Shown here piece by piece: positions 36,905 through 49,630 of a stretch of 64,000 nt of DNA. How positions within the stretch are numbered: position 1 is the stretch's first letter; every line of letters begins with the position of its first letter. The translations under genes were made by a program, and so were the position numbers. The DNA is from Harriotta raleighana (Eukaryota). The notes beneath the pieces are model-generated. The model made no database searches and was not told the origin of the DNA. It saw only the letters and a program-made list of their open reading frames with translations. The stretch is from the NCBI GenBank assembly GCA_050575255.1, contig JBNZDD010013689.1:6264162-6328161 (forward strand). Direction: 5' to 3'.

Positions 36905-38065
36905 CTAAACATGTCACATGAAATAAGTTTTAATACATGTAAACATTTTTTTAAACAACCTTAGACTAACATAAGGATTGCAGCAAAAGCGTATCTGAGC
37001 TTTTTTTTGTGTGGTCAACTAGGTGAATGACAAGTGTGGTAACCTATCACCTTGCTTGAGAGTATCCAAATCAAACTGAGAATTACATGCATCCTATTTG
37101 CATATGGAAATTCCCGAGATAGAATGGAATGTGCACTCTCTCCACTCTTAAGATCTTCCTCTCTGACCATGCCTTCCTCCACCCTGCTACCCCTATGCTC
37201 CCAACCCCTTGCTCGGGTACAAATCCCTGAATGCCCAGAGGCTTGGGAGTTCCTCTCAATGTAAAGGGCACTATACAAATATAATAGTATTATAATTGTT
37301 GTTGTTGCTTACCTAAGTATTAGTTGCACGATGACAAAAGCCAAAGCTTGTTGTGGGTACTGCAGGAGTCTAACCAACTAAAACTGCATTGCTTGCCATT
37401 GATGGCACTGTCTGGCAAGTTTTCCTATTGCTTATCCAGCTAGGACCGCACTGTTAGGGATTTGGTTTAACAGGAAGATGCCCTGTCCGCAATGACAGTT
37501 CTAGACTTCCAAGTCCTGCCGATGAGCCAGGCTCTGCTGTGCTGTCATCAGCAGTGTCCTAGAATACTGCACACTGGCCTGGTTCAGTGGATCAGTGCGC
37601 TGTTCCAGAGAGACTCCATTCATTTGAGTGCAGAATGGTACCCCAACAATCAGCCAACCCAACAATGAACATGGTACAGTGACAGTGCCTTTTGGAATAT
37701 TTATACCATAATTGTAGCTTTGTATGTCACTTTTTCTCACTCCATGCTGTAAGCTGTGTCCCTCACCCCGCAGTGCTCAATGTCTCTCACTTCACAATGT
37801 TAGGTGTGCCTCACACTGCACTGTTAGCTGTTTCTAACTCAAAACTGTCCGATGCCTCACTCTGTCTTGTTAAGATGTTTTCCAATCTGCACTGTTTGAT
37901 ATCTCTCACACTATGCTTCTAGCTATCATCCTTCATAATATACTCTCTTTCAATGAAAGAAATTCTTGCAGAAATATTGAATAAACCATAAACGCGAGAG
38001 TGCTCTCCCTAACCCTAAGAAAACAATGAGAAAAATATTTCTTCTAAGAAGAAAGTAAACTGTAC

Positions 38066-38101
38066 TCTGGGTCCAGCTGATCCCCTGCGGCCAGTCGGTC
38101 C
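38066..38101 (-). CDS. COL6A3: Collagen helix exon (36 nt)
   Basis: Encodes GPTGRRGSAGPR. Confidence 0.9.
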
Positions 38102-39342
38102 CTGTAATGACATAAACAAACACTGAATTACTGATATGATATCAAAACCAGGAGACATACCATTAGCATAGCTTCCATTCAATTTGTCTATTTAGAAATA
38201 TTGCCCTTTTTCCCACAGATTGACACTAATTGGCCCATCGTGTCTGTGGCACTGCTTCCCCTTTTTTGTTCTTTTTTATTAATCGAATGTGTGACTATAG
38301 AAATTTACAGCATAGTAGAGGCCATTTATCCCATTGTGTTTGGGTTGCTCCTTCAAGAACAACCCTTTCCGACCCATTTATCAGCCCTTTCCTCTATAGC
38401 TGACTCCTTTTAAAGTATGTGTCTAAAAATAGTTATTTACTTTACTGCAACTCACCTCTATTGCTTCCCTACAAATACATCAACACTGTACTTTGCAGTG
38501 AAGCACTTGTAGGCATTTTGTTGATGTGGTAAAGACTCCGTATCAACTGCAAGGATTATTATTATTATAACAATCAAAAGGAGAGTTTAGGCAAAACATT
38601 TTTTACTCAGAGAGTAGATGGGAATGAATCCCAAGGCAGGGTAGAGTACATCTTTCTCTGAGAGTTGTTGGACATTCAATGGGCTGCATGGCTTTCTGTG
38701 GTACTGTGAATTTCTCTGATTCACAATTACACTGGGAAGATACAGTAGGGTCTGAACTGTTCACTCCCTCATGCAAGAGAGATTTTCAAACCAGCCTCTA
38801 ATGACTCAGTCATAGGCCGTGTCTTCTGGTTCTACTGTTCAGTTTAAGGTAAAATGCTTGTCTTGGTCTACATTTTCTATTCTCTTCAGAATCTTAAAGA
38901 CATAAACGTATCGACCCTCAACCTTCTCTTCTCCAGTGTGAACATACCCAGTTTATCTAATTACTCTTTGTAATCCAGTCCCTCTATGCCCTCAATTATT
39001 TTGGGTGCCCTCCTCAGCATCCTCTTAATCGCAGCAATATCCTTTTTATATATTATGTATACAGCTCCTTGGAACGTCCTCCCGACGTGAAAGGCGCTCT
39101 ATAAATATAATTTTGTTGTTGATGACAAGACCCGCAAACAGTATTCCAGGTGTTATTTTACATAATATTCCATGATATTGTCCTTTTAATACAGCCTAGC
39201 ATCTGGTTTGCCTTACTCACTGCTACCGAGTACTGTTTGGATAGTTTCATTTTATTATCAATCAGGATCTCTGGGTCCTTTTCATTTTCCATTCATTAAT
39301 TCCTCCACTTAATAATTCCTTAAATAACAAAGTCTCACTTAC

Positions 39343-39396
39343 ATTCTTGCTAGCTGGTCCTTTCTGTCCCGGAGTGCCATCTATACCAGGTTCTCC
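39343..39396 (-). CDS. COL6A3: Collagen helix exon (54 nt, Ser at a Gly position)
   Basis: Encodes GEPGIDGTPGQKGPASKN. Confidence 0.9.
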
Positions 39397-39596
39397 CTAC
39401 ATTCAAAGTAAAATGTTAGAAATACCATGAACAGGTTAACTATTGCTTATTCAGGTGGTACAATTCACTGTGCATGATGACGTACATTTTGTTGGTGTTA
39501 ATATGACTAAAAGGTTAACACTAGCTGTAGGTTTGACATTGTGATTATTATTCAATAGTAGCACTTTGAAAATATCTGGTGCAAACTATACATTAC

Positions 39597-39662
39597 CGCT
39601 AAGCCAGAGTCACCCCTCTGCCCTTTGATTCCTCTCTGAGTGTTGTCAGGTCCTGATGTACC
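39597..39662 (-). CDS. COL6A3: Collagen helix exon (66 nt, conserved interruption, RGD)
   Basis: Encodes GTSGPDNTQRGIKGQRGDSGLA. Confidence 0.92.
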
Positions 39663-40077
39663 CTGTAGGATCACAGAGAATCACATTGATATTTTTTGTT
39701 TTCTAATGAATTGTGCTGTTTTCCTATAAAACCCACAATACTAGTACGAGTAGTTCTGAATGCTGCCGGTAGTGGCTTAAAGTGGTACTTTAAGAGGAAA
39801 AAAAACTCTTCCATCCGCCATTGTAGAAAGTTGCTTTGTGATTGTGCGCTTTGTTTATAAACTGTAATCAATATTTATTGCTTTATTGGTAAAAAAAAAC
39901 GTATTCATACAATATTCTGTTATTATTTATTCTATTATTAATATGATATGTTTAAAAAACAGTTACATTTTTGAGTTGGATTTTCGGCAACCGAATATCT
40001 TGCACATTCCACTGGTCAGGTCCTGAGGGTGCCAGATACACTGACTTTTACTATAGATTGAAATATGGACAAAATGC

Positions 40078-40325
40078 TAAAAAATGCAGATGCTGGAAGT
40101 CTCAAACAAAAATCGCTAAGAACACTCAGCAGATTTGTCAACATTTATAGAGAAAGGAAAGTGAGTCAACATTTCGGGTCCACGACCCCTTATCAAAACC
40201 CTCTGAGACTGAGACCCGTTCTGACGAAGGGTCCTAGACCCGGAATGTTGACATACTTTCCTTTCTCCATAGATGCTACTTGATCTGCTGAGTGTTCCTG
40301 GCAATTTCTGTTTTTGTTTCAGATT
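40078..40325. mobile_element. Inverted pair of Penelope-like terminal repeats
   Basis: Two roughly 110-nt arms in opposite orientation, each with a hammerhead-like core. Confidence 0.75.
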
Positions 40326-40359
40326 GAAATATGGATTTGAAGTTATATTAGCAGCTTAC

Positions 40360-40422
40360 CGGGTCACCTCGATGCCCCATTTCACCCCTTTCTCCTCTCC
40401 CACCTTTGGGTCCTTTCAAACC
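40360..40422 (-). CDS. COL6A3: Collagen helix exon (63 nt, RGD)
   Basis: Encodes GLKGPKGGRGERGEMGHRGDP. Confidence 0.92.
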
Positions 40423-40560
40423 CTGCACAGAAAGAAGCATAGATTAATGCACAGCTTGATTTGACTCTATTATTGCTAAGTGTGTATAATTTCAACCCTC
40501 TGAGCATTCATCGATCTCTATTTATCTGCCCCTAACTAGTTCAGATACTGTGAATGTGTA

Positions 40561-40842
40561 TAATAATAATAATCCTTGCATTTGATATAACGCTTTTCAT
40601 GTCTTCTGGACGTCTCAAAGCACTTCACAGAATATAATGCAAAGTGAATTGATTGTATACTTGTGGGCAAAACGCGGCAGCCAATTGTGCACCGCAGGAT
40701 CGGACAAACAGTCAAGGATTGAAGTGACCAAATTTTTTTTAGATGAGTGGAGTAAGGAAACTTGACCAATGTTTTGTCCTGCCTGGAATCAAACCCAGGT
40801 CTCTCACTTGTAAGGCGAGTGCTCTATCCGCTGAGCTACAGG
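40561..40842 (-). mobile_element. tRNA-derived SINE
   Basis: Reverse complement of the family at 22763. Confidence 0.85.
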
Positions 40843-40990
40843 TTTATCTTAACATCTGTCTGTATCTCTCTACAGCTATCTGTGCATGAAAACTGTGGTT
40901 GTATAAATACAGCATGTACCCCAAGCAATTCTAATACTGTACCATTTAGTGACAAATGGCCATATTATGGATAACACTATCTAGACTTAC

Positions 40991-41044
40991 CCGTTCACCC
41001 AGGTTACCCCTTTCTCCTGACGGGCCTGCTATTCCATATATTCC
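40991..41044 (-). CDS. COL6A3: Collagen helix exon (54 nt)
   Basis: Encodes GIYGIAGPSGERGNLGER. Confidence 0.92.
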
Positions 41045-41143
41045 CTGCAAAGGACATAACAGTGGCATTTACTGTAATGTTGCAGCAATCCAAGTAAATT
41101 ATTGACAAATGAAAGATGTGGAACGCAATGGTCTGTAACATAC

Positions 41144-41188
41144 CTGCTCGCCATTTATTCCATCAAGACCAAGTTCTCCATCTAGACC
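41144..41188 (-). CDS. COL6A3: Collagen helix exon (45 nt)
   Basis: Encodes GLDGELGLDGINGEQ. Confidence 0.92.
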
Positions 41189-41520
41189 CTACCAAAGAGA
41201 ATACAAACAGTAAATGAGTTCTAGCTCATCCCTCTGACAATGGAGATCAACTTCTGCTCTCTCTATAAGACTGAGTGATACTAAATGTTTAACTTGGAAT
41301 GAATCATTTTATTTCCTGAAAATCAAGACTGATATTTTATTCACTAAGTTTTACTGTCGGTGCCAACTATTGTCATTGTCATCACTAGACTTGAGTCCAC
41401 AGAACTGTTTCACTGAGCACTCTGCAGATATCACCTGAGGTCTTTGTAGCTCGTCTGCCTCAAAAGAAGCACATAGTCAAAAATAGCAACTGCTGCTGGC
41501 TCAGTATGCTGGGTACATAC

Positions 41521-41547
41521 CTTATCTCCTGGGTATCCACGGGTGCC
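41521..41547 (-). CDS. COL6A3: Collagen helix exon (27 nt)
   Basis: Encodes GTRGYPGDK. GT-AG flanked. Confidence 0.9.
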
Positions 41548-41644
41548 CTGTTTTTGAAAGAAAAGCAAACGTTATTCATGTGCAACTTTAAAATCTTCTT
41601 TTGGAATTTGTAGATAAGTCGTTGGAAGAGGTATTCAAGGTTAC

Positions 41645-41716
41645 CTTCATTCCACTTTGTCCTTGGCATCCCTGAAAGCCTTGAGTTCCATTTACTCCAG
41701 GCGGACCTCTCTCACC
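41645..41716 (-). CDS. COL6A3: Collagen helix exon with the conserved helix Cys (72 nt)
   Basis: Encodes [24 protein letters not shown]. Confidence 0.94.
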
Positions 41717-42030
41717 CTGTGAAAGACACCCAAGAATTTATGTTGCAAATTTGCTTCAGATGAAGTAGGCAGCCTCCTTGGCTCTTTTAACCTCATCGTT
41801 GCTTTTTTGAGAGAGTCGGCTGGGCGCCTGACACATAGGTAGGTTCCATAAGAGGGAGAAAGGTTTCATGGGAGCAGATGGCAAAACTCCACGACTGGGA
41901 GAAGGAATTAGTAATTCAGTTCGATCCAAATAATGTGAAAAGGGCTGCAGAACATTCAGATGTAACAGTATGCCAATTACATGTTAAATGAGAAAGCAGG
42001 GAGTATGCAGCAAAAGCAGATTCTACTTAC

Positions 42031-42084
42031 CGGTCCACCTTCATATCCTGGGTGACCACTGAATCCTTTAGGACCTGAGTTACC
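42031..42084 (-). CDS. COL6A3: Collagen helix exon (54 nt)
   Basis: Encodes GNSGPKGFSGHPGYEGGP. GT-AG flanked. Confidence 0.92.
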
Positions 42085-42417
42085 CTGGAGGAAGGACAAT
42101 GCAGGAAAATTGATAAATTTGTTCGGATAATGCTGCCTTGTTTTTAATATAGTCCCAGGTTTACAATATCGTGGGCATGCTTGCTTGTTGTCTTGCTTAC
42201 ATTACATTTTGAAACTTTGATCATCAGTAAATGCACTGCCCATGGAGGTGAGCACGTTTGATTCTTGGAAGGATGATAAATGTCCTGATCTTGACATTGT
42301 TAACTGATAATGCTCTCAGCAGCATACCAGTACATTGATGGCCAATAGGGAACCATTCCCTGAAACTGTTAGTGTGAGCCCAGTTCAATGGCCTTATTCA
42401 TGGATAATAAAGGTCAG

Positions 42418-42722
42418 TGGAATCCTGTAGCTGAGTGGTTAGAGCACTCGCCTTACAAGTGAGAGATCGGGGTTCAATTCCAGGCAGAGCAAAACCTTTG
42501 GAAAGTTTCCTTACCTCACACATCTAATAATTATCCAGTAACACAAAAAAAAGTTGTCATTTCAATCCATGACTGATTGTGGGAGACTCCTGTGCAAAAT
42601 TGGCTGTCATGTTTTGCTCACAAATATACAGTCAATTCACTTTTCAGTATATTCAGTGAACCGCTTCGAAACGTCTGGAAGACGTGAAAAGCGCTATAGC
42701 AAATGCAAGGATTATTATTATT
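42418..42722 (+). mobile_element. tRNA-derived SINE
   Basis: Head tgtagctgagtggttagagcactcgcc...ggttcaattcc and an (att)n tail. Confidence 0.85.
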
Positions 42723-43320
42723 GTGTATGTGTAAGCGAACAATAGCCAATTTGCAAACACCAATGTGGCGTGATTTTATCGAGGGGATTATTGGCCAGGA
42801 CATCAGAAGAAACTCCCTTCTCTTTTCCAATAGTGCCATGAGATTTTTAGTGTCCACCTGAATGGGTTCTCAGTTTAATGTCTTCTACAATACAGCATAC
42901 CCCAAGGAACACAGGAGTATCAGCAGAGACTGTGAGCTGCAAGCCCACAATTACAACCACAAAATTACATTTATTTAACACCATCCACTTCGGAAGGACT
43001 TCCCAAGGTGTTGCTTGGACATGAGCTGGGGTTCGAATTGGGTGGAGGGAAGGAGGGCTAAAGAATGGTGACCGATGGCACAGATAAGCAGGAGGGTCTT
43101 GAGGCAGGACTCAAAAGTGGCTACGGTGGGGGCAAGGTGGAGGGATTGCAGGATTGAGTTCCAAAGGTTGTGGGCAGAGTGGATGAAGGATTGCGGGAGA
43201 TTGTGGGGCGGGTAGAGCGAGGAACGTGCAGCAGAACAGAGCCCGCTGAGCGTAGGGAACGGACACTTAAAAAACAGTTGATAACATGTAAAACACAAAC
43301 TGCTTCATCAATTTATTTAC

Positions 43321-43413
43321 CTTCGAGCCTCGTAGTCCCTGAGGACCTTTGTCACCAGGCTGACCAAGGCACTTACAAGGAACATCACAGCACACTCTCT
43401 CCGCAATGTTATC
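43321..43413 (-). CDS. COL6A3: Cys-rich junction and start of triple helix (93 nt)
   Basis: Encodes [31 protein letters not shown]. Confidence 0.93.
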
Positions 43414-43515
43414 CTGTCAAGACAAACCCATACAGCAGTTTGGGCAATACATTGTTAAGGTGACCACACTTTAAAATTCATTTTGAAACCACTCCAAATA
43501 ATAATTTCATCTTAC

Positions 43516-43661
43516 AAGTTCTTCCGCCAACTCGTACTCTAAATCCAGCTGGCTGATTGACAGTGGCCTTCTGTACCGAAACCCTCGGCCGAACTCCAGC
43601 AAGGCAGCTTCTTCAAACTGTGCTACATTCTCCATAGCAACCAGCAGCAATGAGTGGATAC
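43516..43661 (-). CDS. COL6A3: VWA N1 exon c (146 nt)
   Basis: Encodes GIHSLLLV...LEFGRGFRYRRPL...YELAEEL. GT-AG flanked. Confidence 0.93.
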
Positions 43662-43989
43662 CTGTTGGGAGAGGATAGAGGCAGCACATCAGCAACTTAA
43701 TTGTGATTCTCTTCTCCCGCCCCACCACCACCCCGTCACTTTCCTCTCTGCAAACTGGTCAGGATTGGTTTTGATGCCCTGTACATCAGAGCAGCCTGTT
43801 GACACACCTGCTCGCATGTGTACAAAGGCCACTTAGGTCATGTACTGGAGGGCAACATGTGCAACGAGGATGCCAGATCACGAGCAGAGAGGCGTATGCA
43901 AATGAGGAGAGGATTAGAAAATAATTGGACACACTAAAATTTCTAGAAAAACAACTACACAATGGGAGACAGATGGAACATTTTTATAC

Positions 43990-44068
43990 CTGCTCTTCGT
44001 AATGTCTCGGCTTCTGTCTTCAACAAATTAATGTCTTCATCAAGCCCATCCGTGAAATGAATTATGAC
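43990..44068 (-). CDS. COL6A3: VWA N1 exon b (79 nt)
   Basis: Encodes VIIHFTDGLDEDINLLKTEAETLRRA. GT-AG flanked, phase 0-1. Confidence 0.92.
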
Positions 44069-45340
44069 CTATAAAAGGAGGAAATGAGATAAGAGCAAAA
44101 ACTACAGCAGCATCAATTATATTTAGTCTTCCACAAAATATGCAGTCAATCCACTTTACAGTATATCCTGTGAAGCACATTTGAGACATCTCGACAACAT
44201 GATACAGTAATGTGTTCTATGCAATTGCGAGGATTATTATTTAACATCAGGAGGGCATCTCAAAGCGCTTTTCACACAGAAGGCGTGAAAAGCGCTACAT
44301 CAAATGCAAGGATTATTATTATATAAATGAAAATCGTCTTGTATTCAATAATAATTATTGCATTTGATATAGCTTAAACGTCAAAGTGCTTCGACATCAA
44401 AGGATTTACTATAAAGCATTTTATAAACCCACAACATTAAGTCCTGTGTGTTTTGTAGATAATGCAGCAGCCAATTTGCACACAGCAATGTCCCAACAAC
44501 AACAACTTCGATTTATATAGTGCCCTCCAAGCCAGACGGCACCTCAGAGCGCTTAAAAGAAGCAGGGAGTAAATAATCAACTTTATTTGGGGGATTATTA
44601 ACAACGACACTCCATTCTCTTTTTGAATAATTCCATGAGATCTTCAACAACAACTTGAACAGGCAGATGGGACCTTGGTTTAATGTCTCACCTGACAGTA
44701 CCTCCAACAATACCGTGATCCCCTAGAATTCAAAGTCCCGACATAGGGCTTGAACCCACAATCTTGTGACTCATAAGCGAGAGTGTCATCAACTGAGTGA
44801 ATCTGAACCATTTAAAGAGGAATGAAAATAAACTGTACTTTGATGAAATCATTCAAAGATGGGATTTGATTAGCGAGGCTCTGTTCTTCGGCCCTTGGTT
44901 GGAGCTCAATCAATTGCCTTTGGGAGGTGGGAGCAACTAATTAGAGTTAGTTTTTTTCCTTGAATTGACCTTGCCAATTCTCTTTGTTTGGTTCTTTCTG
45001 TTTTTCACTTTGTGTGGTTGGGAAGATCCCATTTAAGAGGATAAGGTGAGAAAGTAAATAGGGGAGTTATTCCATGAGTGGAATCAATGGGACACAAACA
45101 CGCCACAAACATTTCCACAGAATAAATTTTACAGACATAGCTGTGTAAAGGCAGGTTTAAAATGCACTCTGTGGAAATGTAGAATAGTTACAGAAACCCT
45201 GATTTATATCCCAATATCCCAACAATTATTCTTGTTTTCTTTACACATGGTTTGTACCTACATTGTTATTACATGGTGCGTAACAACCACCGCCACCCCG
45301 CTCCACACACATATGTGAAATGATGTACTGAAAGACTTAC

Positions 45341-45687
45341 CTTCACACTCGCTGAGCTGCTATCTCTAAAAGTTTGTAGGTAAGCATTTAAAGTCCTTCT
45401 ATCAAGGACATATGGAGCATCATCTCGCAGAGTTTGGAAATTGCTCATTATTTCTGGTGTGTAGTCTTCAAAGTTGAAGAATTTCCGCTGGCCTCCACGA
45501 GTGTAAGCCATGATGCCGACTCTCACTGATGGCACCTTCGAGCCAGAGCAGCTTAATGTACGCAACTGGGAGATTCTCTGCATAATGTCTCCCACCTTGG
45601 ACTCCAAAGCCCTCAGAGGTACAAAGACGGTGTCTCCACGACCACCACTGCTGACATCTAAGCCAAGCAGAATGTCAATGTTGCAGT
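45341..45687 (-). CDS. COL6A3: VWA N1 exon a (347 nt)
   Basis: Acceptor ctccccag|ACTGC and donor AAG|gtaagt. Encodes CNIDILLGLD...SVK. Confidence 0.92.
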
Positions 45688-46309
45688 CTGGGGAGGAAAC
45701 AGAGAGAAAGGCCTTAGCACCTAAATGCAACAACTATAAAGTAAAGAAACTTAATCATGATTCTTAGGTTCGATAAAGCCCTTTTTATGCGGGAGAACAT
45801 CAAAGTGCATGAGATACTGTAAAGTGGAGTGGATACATATGCATAGGTAAACTCAGCAGCCTATTTTGCACAGGATGCACAAACAGCCATGGAGTGAATT
45901 ATAGTAAAACCTTTTTTATCCATGACCCGATCAACCGGATTGCTCTAACCCCTCCCGGGGCAATTCCCTATTCCAGGCACTTATTAAACTTATGCACTTG
46001 TTTTTTTTCCCCCAATCGGTAAAAAATGCTGTTTTACTGATCTTTTTACCGACTGTGCTGGAATGTTTTATTGGTAAGTATCTATATGATATTCTGTTAC
46101 TATTTAGTCTATTATTAACATGGTATGTTTTAAAGTAAGTTAATTTTTTATGTTGGGTTTTCAGCAACTTGTCCCCCGTTTATCCATCAGAGTCAATTGG
46201 TCGACCCCCCATCAAGCACTTATCTTAAGACAGAATATCATTAGTTCTTAATTTATATCCATCCATTATATCCATCCATTACTATTTCAGCAATTTCTCA
46301 CATTCTTAC

Positions 46310-46918
46310 CTTTCACTTTATCAGGTACCTTGGGGCACAGTTCACCTGAAATGCTGTCAGCCAAGGTCAGCAAGATGTCCTCAGTCAGGCCAGACAGGCC
46401 ACTGTAGGTGGTGACCCTGAATGCTGCCGCCTGCTCACTTGCTATATGGCTCATTTCATCCACATCGGCATTTGGTAACGCCACGGTGAAGAGCTTGATC
46501 TGTGAGTCTCTCAGCTCTCTGGCAGCCAACAAGGCATCGTCAGTCGACTTCCCGCCTGTCAAGAGGATAACAATCTGTGGCACACCCTCGTCGACCCTGC
46601 TACCTGCCGGCCGGATTAGTTGTCTGATTTTAATCTGCCTCAGGGCTTCCGCAGTGTTCAGTACTCTGCCCCCTTTATACTGGATATTCTGGATAGCATT
46701 GATGACATTCTCTCTGTCTGTGAAGGAATTGAGGAAGAATTCGTGCGACACGTCTGAGCTATACTGGACCACACCAACTCGGAACGATCCATCGTCTGTA
46801 TAGCTCGCATCCACAAAGCTCCTGATGAACTCGATCAAAACAGGGAAGTTCGTCCTTCCAACATTCATGGAACCATCCAAAGCAAACACAATGTCGGCCT
46901 TTTTCTGACACAGGGTTG
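46310..46918 (-). CDS. COL6A3: VWA N2 exon (609 nt)
   Basis: Acceptor ttcttcacag|CAACC and donor AAAG|gtaaga. Encodes KKADIVFALDGS...ELCP. Confidence 0.92.
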
Positions 46919-47574
46919 CTGTGAAGAATGTATAAAAAGTGGTGAGTTTGTTTAATAGGAGTGAATGATACTTGCGATCGATTCATAAGATTGACAGTTA
47001 ATAATGGCTTTCAAGGGCAGTAGCAAACACAGTAGCCAGTTTGCAAATAGGAATCGTACAAAGTCATTAGATGAATGCTGAATTTTATCTGGCGATTACT
47101 GGCCAAAAGATCTTCCAGGTGCACCTGAATAGGCAAACAGAATTTCAATTAACATTGCATCAGAGGATGACAACTCTGACAATGAAACACTTCCCAACAC
47201 TGTACTGGATATTAAACGCGACGTCCTGCTGTGAGGCTTCATCCCACAACCACTGGTGAAAATGCTAACAAATGACCTGAGCTAAATTTATTGTGTGTTT
47301 GGCGTGAAAAATTACTAATAATTGACCGTACATTCTTTGGCTGGTCAGCCAGGTGTGTAACACATGGAAATCAATCACTGTTCTTAATCTCTAAAACAAG
47401 TTACTGAGTACTCCACATATGTAAAATTATTTGTTAGTTTGGTATGCAGTTCCCTAGAGCAGTGGTTCGTAACCTCAGGTCCCGACCAAATCAGGGTCGT
47501 GGGGGTGTTCAGTAGGGTCGCAAAGGATTATCAGAATTTTGTTTTGTTGCTTTTTTTAATGCTGAAAATGCTTT

Positions 47575-49630
47575 TTGGAAAAAAGGAGGGGGAGGTGGCA
47601 ATATTAATTAAAGACACGGTTACACCTTGGAAGTGGACAAGGTGCTAGAGGGCCTAAAAACACAATCTATCTGATTATAGTTAAGGAATAAAAATGGTAC
47701 TGTTATGCTGTTAGGGGTATACTAATAGAGTACCAAAAAGTGGTAAGGAGATAGAGGAGCAAGCAGATTTCAGAAAGATGCAAAGCCAATAGAGTAGTGA
47801 TAATGGGGTCTTCAATTATCCCAACACAGACAAGCAAAATAATAATAATCCTTACAATTGTATAGCGTTTTCCACATCTTATCGATGTCTCAAAGCACTT
47901 CACAGAACATCCCAGAGTAGGGACCAGAGCAGGGGAGGGGTCGGTGTGGGGAGAAGAAAAGAGGGAAGTAAAGGGGGAAAAGAGGTAGTGACCAGATTAG
48001 TGGGTAGGGGTCATGGTAGGGAAAGAGAGTAGCAAAATAACAGCATAAAAGACAAGGAGGGGAAAGGATTCCTGAAATGTGTACAAGCAACTTTCTTGAT
48101 CAGTAGGTTTCCAGCCCAACAAGGAAGGAAGCAGTGCTGGATCTAGTTCTGGGGAATGAAATGGGGCAAGTGGAGCAGATATCAGTAGGAGACCATCTGG
48201 GCAATAGTAAGCATAGCATCATTAGATTCAAAGTACTTATGGAATAACAATCAAATGTGAAGAAACTCAACTGGAAGAGGGTTAATTTCAGTGAGTTAAA
48301 AAGGGACCTAGCCAAGGTGGATAGAAAGATTGGCAGGTAAAATAGCTAAAGAGGAATGGAAAGCTTTCAAGGAGGAGATAGTTCAGGGATAAAAATAAAT
48401 ACATTCCCACAAAGTGAAAAAGTATGGCATCCAAACTTTACTGGATGACTAAGGAAATTGGGACTAAAATAAAACAGAAAAAGGAGGCCCAACATTCAGA
48501 AGACAATCAAATTGAATATAGGAAGTGCATATGAGAAATGAAAAAGTAAATAGGAGGGGCAAAACGATTATACGAAAAAAGATTAGTGGGTAGCATTAAA
48601 GGGAATCCTAAGATATTTTACAAGCATCTCAAGAATAAAAAGTTAATCAAAGGTAGGGTGGGGCAAATTAGGGACAAAGGCGGAAATCTTGTGGAAGCTG
48701 ATGCACTGAATAAGTACTTTGCATCCCGTTTCATATAAAAAAAGGATGCAGCCAATGCCACAATATCGGAGGAGATGATAGAGTAATTGGATAGGATAAG
48801 TATAAACAGAGAGGAAGTACTAAAAAGTGCTAAAAAGGAAATACTAATGACGGTGCTCAAGGCAGATAAGTCACCTGGTCCAGACGGGACACTTCCTTGC
48901 TAAGGAAAGTACAGATGCAAATAGCAGAGCCTCCGACCAAAATCTTTCAATCTTCCTTGGACACAGGGATGGTGCCAGAGGACTGGAAGGTTGCTAATGT
49001 TACTCCCCAGTATAAAAAGGGACAGAAGAACAAACCTGGGAACTACAGGTCAGTCATCTTAATGTCAGTAGTAGTGGGGAAACTTCTAGAGACTATAATC
49101 CAGGGCAAAATAAATTTTCACTTGGGAAAATATAGGTTAATAAAGGACAGCCAGCATGGATTTGTTAAAGGCAAATCTTGACTAACAAACCCGATAAGAG
49201 TTTTCTGATGAGGTAACGGAGAGAGTGGATGAAGATAGTGCAGCTGATGCAGGTTATATGGACTTTCAAAACGCATTTGACAAAGTGCTATTTAAGAGAC
49301 TTGTAAGGAAAATAGAAGCCTATAGTATTAAAGGGACAGTGGCAGCATGGGTCCAGAACTGGCTGGGAGGCAGAAAGCAGAGAGTTGTGGTGAACGGTTG
49401 TTTTTCTGACTGGAGTGGCGTCCCCCAAGGATCAATATTAGGTCCAATCTCTTTTTAGTATATACATATATATAAGTGATCTGGACTTGGGTACAGGGAG
49501 TACAATTTTCAAGTTTGCAGATGATATTAGGTTAGGAAAAATGGTAAATAATGAGGAGGCTAGTAGCAGACTGCCAGAGGACATAGACAGAATGGTAAAA
49601 TGGGTAGACACATGTCAGATGAAGTTTATT
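47575..49630 (+). mobile_element. CR1 LINE ORF2 remnant (endonuclease-RT)
   Basis: Motifs VPEDWKVANVTP, PGNYR, SQHGFVKGKS, YMDFQNAFDKV, GVPQGSILGP and KFADD, with many frameshifts. Confidence 0.92.
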
